Shown in pieces: positions 1 to 30,992 of a stretch of DNA of 30,992 nt (the first letter of the stretch is position 1; each line of letters opens with the position of its first letter). A program made the translations under genes and the position numbers. The DNA is from Macrostomum lignano (taxonomy: Eukaryota), in assembly GCA_002269645.1 (NCBI GenBank), contig NIVC01003759.1, forward strand, positions 1 through 30,992, given 5' to 3'. The notes beneath the pieces are model-generated. The model saw only the letters and a program-made list of their open reading frames with translations. It had not been told where the DNA came from and did not search any database.

Positions 1-115
1 AAAAGGAAAAAAATAATTGAGCTTAACTCGGCTCATCTGTTGAGCCATTGATTAACAGCTGATCTCACAATTTATAGCTTCATAAGCCTCTCGCCAGTTT
101 GAAACTTACCTTGAG

Positions 116-18261
<18,146 letters not shown>

Positions 18262-18347
18262 GCTGAGCAAACTGCTGCATTCATTAGTGATGATGAACTC
18301 AACTGTCTCCACAACAAATTAGTGATTGGTTGCGGTAGTTCAGTGTT

Positions 18348-19248
18348 GGAGCTGATAGGGATCTGATAGGGATCTGATAAGGATCTGATAGGGATCTGAT
18401 AAGGATCTGATAGGGATCTGATAAGGATCTGATAGGGATCTGATAAGGATCTGATAGGGATCTGATAAGGATCTGATAAGGATCTGATAGGGAGCTGATA
18501 GGGATCTGATAGGGATCTGATAAGGATCTGATAGGGATCTGATAAGGATCTGATAGGGATCTGATAAGGATCTGATAGGGATCTGATAAGGATCTGATAG
18601 GGATCTGATAAGGATCTGATAGGGATCTGATAAGGATCTGATAAGGATCTGATAGGGAGCTGATAGGGATCTGATAGGGATCTGATAAGGATCTGATAGG
18701 GATCTGATATTGATCTGATAGGGATCTGATAAGAATCTGATAGGGATCTGATAAGGATCTGATAAGGATCTGATAAGGATCTGATAAGGATCTGATAGGG
18801 ATCTGATAAGGATCTGATAGGGATCTGATAGGGATCTGATACAGGGATCTGATAAGGATCTGATAGGGATCTGATAAGGATCTGATAGGGATCTGATAAG
18901 GATCTGATAGGGATCTGATAAGGATCTGATAGGGATCTGATAAGGATCTGATAGGGATCTGATAAGGATCTGATAGGGATCTGATAAGGATCTGATAGGG
19001 ATCTGATAAGGATCTGATAGGGATCTGATAAGGATCTGATAGGGATCTGATAAGGATCTGATAGGGATCTGATAAGGATCTGATAGGGATCTGATAAGGA
19101 TCTGATAGGGATCTGATAGGGATCTGATAGGGATCTGATAGGGATCTGATAGGGATCTGATAAGGATCTGATAAGGATCTGATAAGGATCTGATAGGGAT
19201 CTGATAAGGATCTGATAGGGATCTGATAGGGATCTGATACAGGGATCT
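18348..19248. repeat. 11-bp minisatellite (GGATCTGATA[A/G])n, about 80 copies, starting about 90 nt after the PLD stop
   Basis: Direct inspection; source of the 330-aa RSLSDPYQI minus-strand ORF. Confidence 0.97.
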
Positions 19249-19342
19249 TTATTAAATTGTTGGTCACATGTTTACATTTTTTCTTTTCCAATTTCCATAA
19301 ATTGGATCAAGTGATGATTTATATAAATATTAAGATGATATA

Positions 19343-19348
19343 AATAAA
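19343..19348 (+). terminator. Candidate polyadenylation signal of PLD (AATAAA)
   Basis: First canonical AATAAA after the PLD stop, followed by T-rich sequence; an ATTAAA is also present at about 19251. Confidence 0.35.
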
Positions 19349-19934
19349 GTGTTTAACATTTTCCCAGCTAAAACAGCTGTGCCTTCTGTCTCAAGCTGAT
19401 CGGGATAATATCATTTGATATTTTTTTAATAATTGGCATTTTACCAGTGTAACTACTATATCAATTGTTTTGCAATTTGAAAATGCTCCGACTACAGCTT
19501 GTCCTATTTTGTTTCCACGGAACCTGAAACTCACAGTTTTCAGTAATTTTTTCCCGATTTACGTTTGTTATACTTTTTTTCTCGACAATTAAACAAATAA
19601 AAAAGTCATCTCGTTCTGTTGATGTTGTGAATTCTATACACATTATACACTTCTTGTGTCGCAGTCAGTTTGTTCAAATAATAAGCTTATCTTAATCCGA
19701 ACGATTTATTTATTTGATTGTAAATATATTCTTCATTCTTAAGTTTTAGAAATTTTCTTTCAATTTTGCTGGCCTTCTATGCAATGCTGTGCCTTCAGCT
19801 CTCGTCTGGCTGTGTTAAAAAGATATGTCTTATTCTGTTTGCATTCTGCTTTTATTAAACTTTGCGCCTAAAATCAGTTTGAAGCAGTAAAAAGAATGGA
19901 AAGTTAATAATTATATAATTAAAATGAGTTCAGC

Positions 19935-20505
19935 CGTTATAGAGTGGTGCCACTGGCGCCGTTTTAAATTGGCGCGTTGGTGCTATTATAGATTGGTGGT
20001 CGTTATATATTGGCACCGTTACAGAGTGGCGCCGTTATAGATTGGTGCCGTTATAGATCGGTGCCGTTATAGATTGGTGCCGTTATAGATCGGTGCCGTT
20101 ATAGATTGGTGCCGTTATAGATTGGTGCCGTTATAGATCGGCGCCGTTATAGATCGGCGCCGTTATAGATCGGCGCCGTTATAGATTGGTACCGTTACAG
20201 AGTGGCGCCGTTATAGATCGGCGCCGTTATAGATTGGTGCCGTTATAGATCGGTGCCGTTATAGATCGGTGCCATTATAGATTGGTGCCGTTATAGATCG
20301 GCGCCGTTATAGATTGGCGCCGTTATAGATTGGCGCCGTTATAGATCGGCGCCGTTATAGATTGGCACCGTTACAGAGTGGCGCCGTTATAGATCGGCGC
20401 CGTTATAGATCGGCGCCGTTATAGATCGGCGCCGTTATAGAATAGTACTATTGGCGCCGTTATAGAATAGTACTGTACTATTGGCGCTGTTATAGATTGG
20501 CGCCG
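19935..20505. repeat. 16-bp CpG-rich minisatellite (GG[C/T]GCCGTTATAGAT[C/T])n, about 35 copies, intergenic
   Basis: Direct inspection. Confidence 0.94.
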
Positions 20506-21237
20506 TTAAGCACAGCTGTGTTGACGCAGTCGTTAATGCTAGCGATATCTAATCCAGTGCCAGCAGGAATAAACATTAGCCAGCCCATGCCAGCTCAGTC
20601 TGCCCGCCCAGCAATTATTTCGCTTAGCTAATTGAGTCTTAAAAGCTGTCTGCCCACGCACTGCCACCCACGCCATTCGATTCCTCACTTCGGGCCGCGC
20701 CCGCCCATAGCGGATTTCGCGTCATTTTTGGAGACGAATATTTGCAGCTGAGGACTGCAGGGATGAGGGATGAAAGTAACGACTCCCTCCCCCCCCAGTC
20801 AGCCTCTCTGCTGCATCACCACAGGTCCGAAGCGATTGAGCACTCTCAAATTGTTCTGTCTACGAAGAGCCTCGCTTTCTCTCCTACTCTCCCCCTCTGC
20901 TCCTTCACCACTCTTGGCTGAGAGACCGAAGTCGCTTCTTCCTAGCTGCATCATTCTTCCCCCCAGAGCTCCGTGTGCGCTCCGCGAATGGGCGGACACT
21001 CGTGAGACGAACAGGGAGAAATATTCGCACACACACACACACACATACACACACATATATGCTCCTCTCCCAGAGGGAGAAGGGATTACAGGGACAGTGG
21101 AATAAAACGCGAATTAGCTTTCAGCTCCCTCAACCGCTGCCTCCTTATCTAGAACCCTCTAATCCCTTCTCTCGACTGAAGTTAAATAGGCTTCGAAATT
21201 GGACGGATTTTGACGCACAAAAAATTTGATCGTTGCC

Positions 21238-28642
<7,405 letters not shown>

Positions 28643-28657
28643 CTGGGGATTGGGTAG

Positions 28658-29285
28658 AACAGGTGTATCATAGGTGTCACAGGTGTATTACAGGTGTAGC
28701 ACAGGTGTATCACAGGTGTGCCTCAGGTGTATCTCAGGTGTATCACTGATGTGTCACAGGTGTAGTCACAGGTGTATCAAAAGTGTATCACAGGTGTTTC
28801 ACAGTGTATCACTGTGTGTATCACTGGTGTATCACAGTGCTAATCTCAGATGTATCACTGGTGTATCACATGTGTATCTCAGGTGTATCACATGTGTATC
28901 TCAGGTGTATCACTGTTGTGGCACAGGTGTATCACTGGTGTATCTCAGGTGTATCACAGGTGTATCACTGATGTGTCACAGGTGTAGTCACAGGTGTATC
29001 ACAAGTGTATCACGGTGTTTCACAGGTGTATACAGGTGTATCACAGGTGTATCTCAGGCGTATCACAGTGTGTCTCAGGTGTGTCTCAGATCATGACAGG
29101 TGAACCACCATGCTGTGAAAGGTGACCTCCGTGACCCAATATGATACAACGTGATCCACATTTGCATCACAGGTGATCTAAGGTGATAACAGGTGAGCTA
29201 TTTTTATCTCAATGGGCGCGAAAGTTGATCCAGGTGAGTCACAAGTGGTCCCAGCTGGTGATGACTGGTGATCACAGGTGATCCA
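28658..29285. repeat. Degenerate 11-bp minisatellite (CAGGTGTATCA)n right after the WS/DGAT-like stop codon
   Basis: Clear to about 29100, then decaying CAGGTGA variants to about 29285. Confidence 0.85.
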
Positions 29286-30840
29286 TGACTTACTTGACTT
29301 AGCTGCAGGGTGGTCCGTAGACACAGCGGGAGGCGAGGGTCGCCCATTCCGCTAGCCCCTGAAGGCGCCGTAGACAGGCAGAGGCGTGGGCCGGTCAGGG
29401 TGGTCCGTCGGTCCGTCCTGCAGCGTGATCTTCCGTGGGAAGAAACTGGCTCGTCTAGTCGCCCGAAGGAACTGGATGAGCCGTGGGATGCTGTCGGCTG
29501 GCAGACCTCGTCAATGGACGGGTTCGGCCCGAGGTAGCGTAGCCGGTCTCTGGTAAAGAAAGGGCAGTGACAGACAAAGTGCTGAGCATCTTCATTGTCG
29601 CACTCGCAAAAAGGGCAAAGTTCGCTCTCGAGGTCGCCTCGGAGGAAGCAGTGCCTGGCGAGGTAGCCATGGCCGGTGAGAGTCATGACGAGGGCTCGGA
29701 TATCCTTCCGATTTTGGTTCAGAAGGACGTTCCTGAGTCTGCGAGACGGGCAAGGAAACCGCGGCACGAGATTGCCGGCAGTTTTAGGTGCCCGCCCATC
29801 TGTCCCTGTGGAGGGAGTCAGCCCAGTAATCGATCTGACGATTGATGACTGTCGAAGGTATAGGGACCAGGGGGGCAGGGCAAAGGAAAGAGCCAGAGCC
29901 GCCCCTCTTGGCGAGGGTGTCCGCCAACTCGTTCCCCGGAAACCCTGCGTGCCTGATCCACTTCAGCCTGACAGTATTGCTACTGGCCAGGAGGTTGAGC
30001 CTGCCGGACGCAAGTCGGCGACTGTCCGGGAGTTCGTTGTGGTGTGACAAAGGGCCTGTAAGGCCGCTTGGCTGTCGGAGTGGATGACAATAGTCTCTCC
30101 TCTCGTACCCTTGGCGTCCAGCTCTGCAGCGCAAGAGCTGATGGCAAGGACTTCGTTCTGGAAGACTGTAGAGAGTCTGCAGTGTGCTGGGCATGCGTGC
30201 AATGACGCGGCCGTTGATGATGATGCAGACCCCAAAGCCGGCGCGACCGTCTTTGATGGATCCATCCGTGTAGCAGTGACCTCCTGAAAATTCAAGTGGT
30301 CATTGGCAGCATCCCTAGAGGGTTGAGAGTGCGGGTTCACCTCAGATAAGACGTGAAGGCCGCCGCCGTCTCTCAAGTCTTTGAGGCAGAGGTAGGCGTG
30401 GGGCAGAAGCTTGCGCTTAGCCATGGCCCTATGGGGCAGGAAACGAATGCCGTCAATCAGAACGGCGGGCAGTCTTAGCCGCTTCCCTGCGGACAAATAT
30501 GTCCTGCGGGGGAACGTTGAGGAAGGCGTTGAGGTCATCGTAAGGAGCAGACGGGGGGTGCTCATGATCATGCGACATGCGCGCAGCTTGCGCTCTTCTG
30601 AGAGCCTCAAGGCAAGGTCTTCATCTGCAGGGCGCTAGCCCAGATCAGGCCGCCATACGAGATAGCAGGCCTAACCATTGCAGTGTAGATCCACCAGAGG
30701 CGCTCGGGGTGCAGAGCCCCAGGTGGTGCCGACAGCCCTGCGCAGTTGCACGAGGACTGCGAGGGCCTTCTTGGCTTTTGCTTGAACGTGGGGTGACCAG
30801 TTCAGCTGTGGTCCAGATGATCCCGTATGTCGTTTCCAAT
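29286..30840 (-). mobile_element. 5'-truncated non-LTR retrotransposon (I-group, R1/LOA/Lian-like) with post-RT thumb region, RNase H and CCHC zinc finger; frameshifted
   Basis: Minus-strand frames piece together GII(L)DHQLNWSPHVQAKAKKAL...GTTWGL...WWIYTAMVRPAISYGGLIW; the RNase H motifs YTDGS, TVFQNEVLAI, IHSDSQAALQAL, WIR-HAGFPGNELADTLAK; then LTGHGYLARH...CPFC-x8-H-x4-C. The RT core is absent. The 3' end is an AAGTC/AAGT-like tail near 29286. Confidence 0.9.
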
Positions 30841-30992
30841 GTTTCCAATTTCTAACAATTATCGCACCTTACAGTATAAACTCACTCGCTAAGCTTAAAT
30901 AAAGTGCATGTTGTGCTGTGAATTGTGAATTGTGAATAAGGTTTTTTACACTGTCAAGATATTTTTCGTGTCTTGGTAATTATTATTTATCA

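Noticed and set aside
18299-19291. 330-aa minus-strand ORF (RSLSDPYQI)n
   Set aside because: Translation of the 11-bp satellite.
18262-21237. PLD and WS/DGAT-like gene as a trans-spliced operon
   Set aside because: The 3-kb gap contains a poly(A) signal, two satellites and a GC-box-like region suggesting an independent promoter; there is no sequence evidence for polycistronic processing. Spliced-leader read mapping would be needed.

Overview
Eukaryotic (animal) genomic DNA, not prokaryotic. The poly-Ala/poly-Gln coding style and very high minisatellite load resemble the flatworm Macrostomum lignano, but this is an inference only. The window holds two spliced + strand lipid-metabolism genes. 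The first is a 7-exon classical phospholipase D (PX-PH-HKD-loop-HKD, about 1450 aa; 116..18261). Single-base indels in exons 1 and 4 look like long-read consensus errors. The second is a 3-exon bacterial/plant-type WS/DGAT-family acyltransferase homolog (about 847 aa; 21238..28642) whose HHxxxDG motif reads HACFGDG, so the catalytic His is replaced. About 12 kb (about 39%) of the window is made of 18 different tandem arrays, most intronic and many abutting splice sites. They share GATC and YAGA cores and show a CpG-deamination signature. Mobile elements: a tRNA-headed CORE-type SINE in PLD intron 1, a small MITE-like inverted-repeat element in intron 5, and a 5'-truncated RNase H-bearing non-LTR retrotransposon on the minus strand at the right end. 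Most long ORFs in the supplied track are repeat-translation artefacts. I found no clearly new multi-gene system. The best leads are the probable WS/DGAT pseudoenzyme next to PLD, the splice-site-hugging private satellites, and the CORE-SINE.
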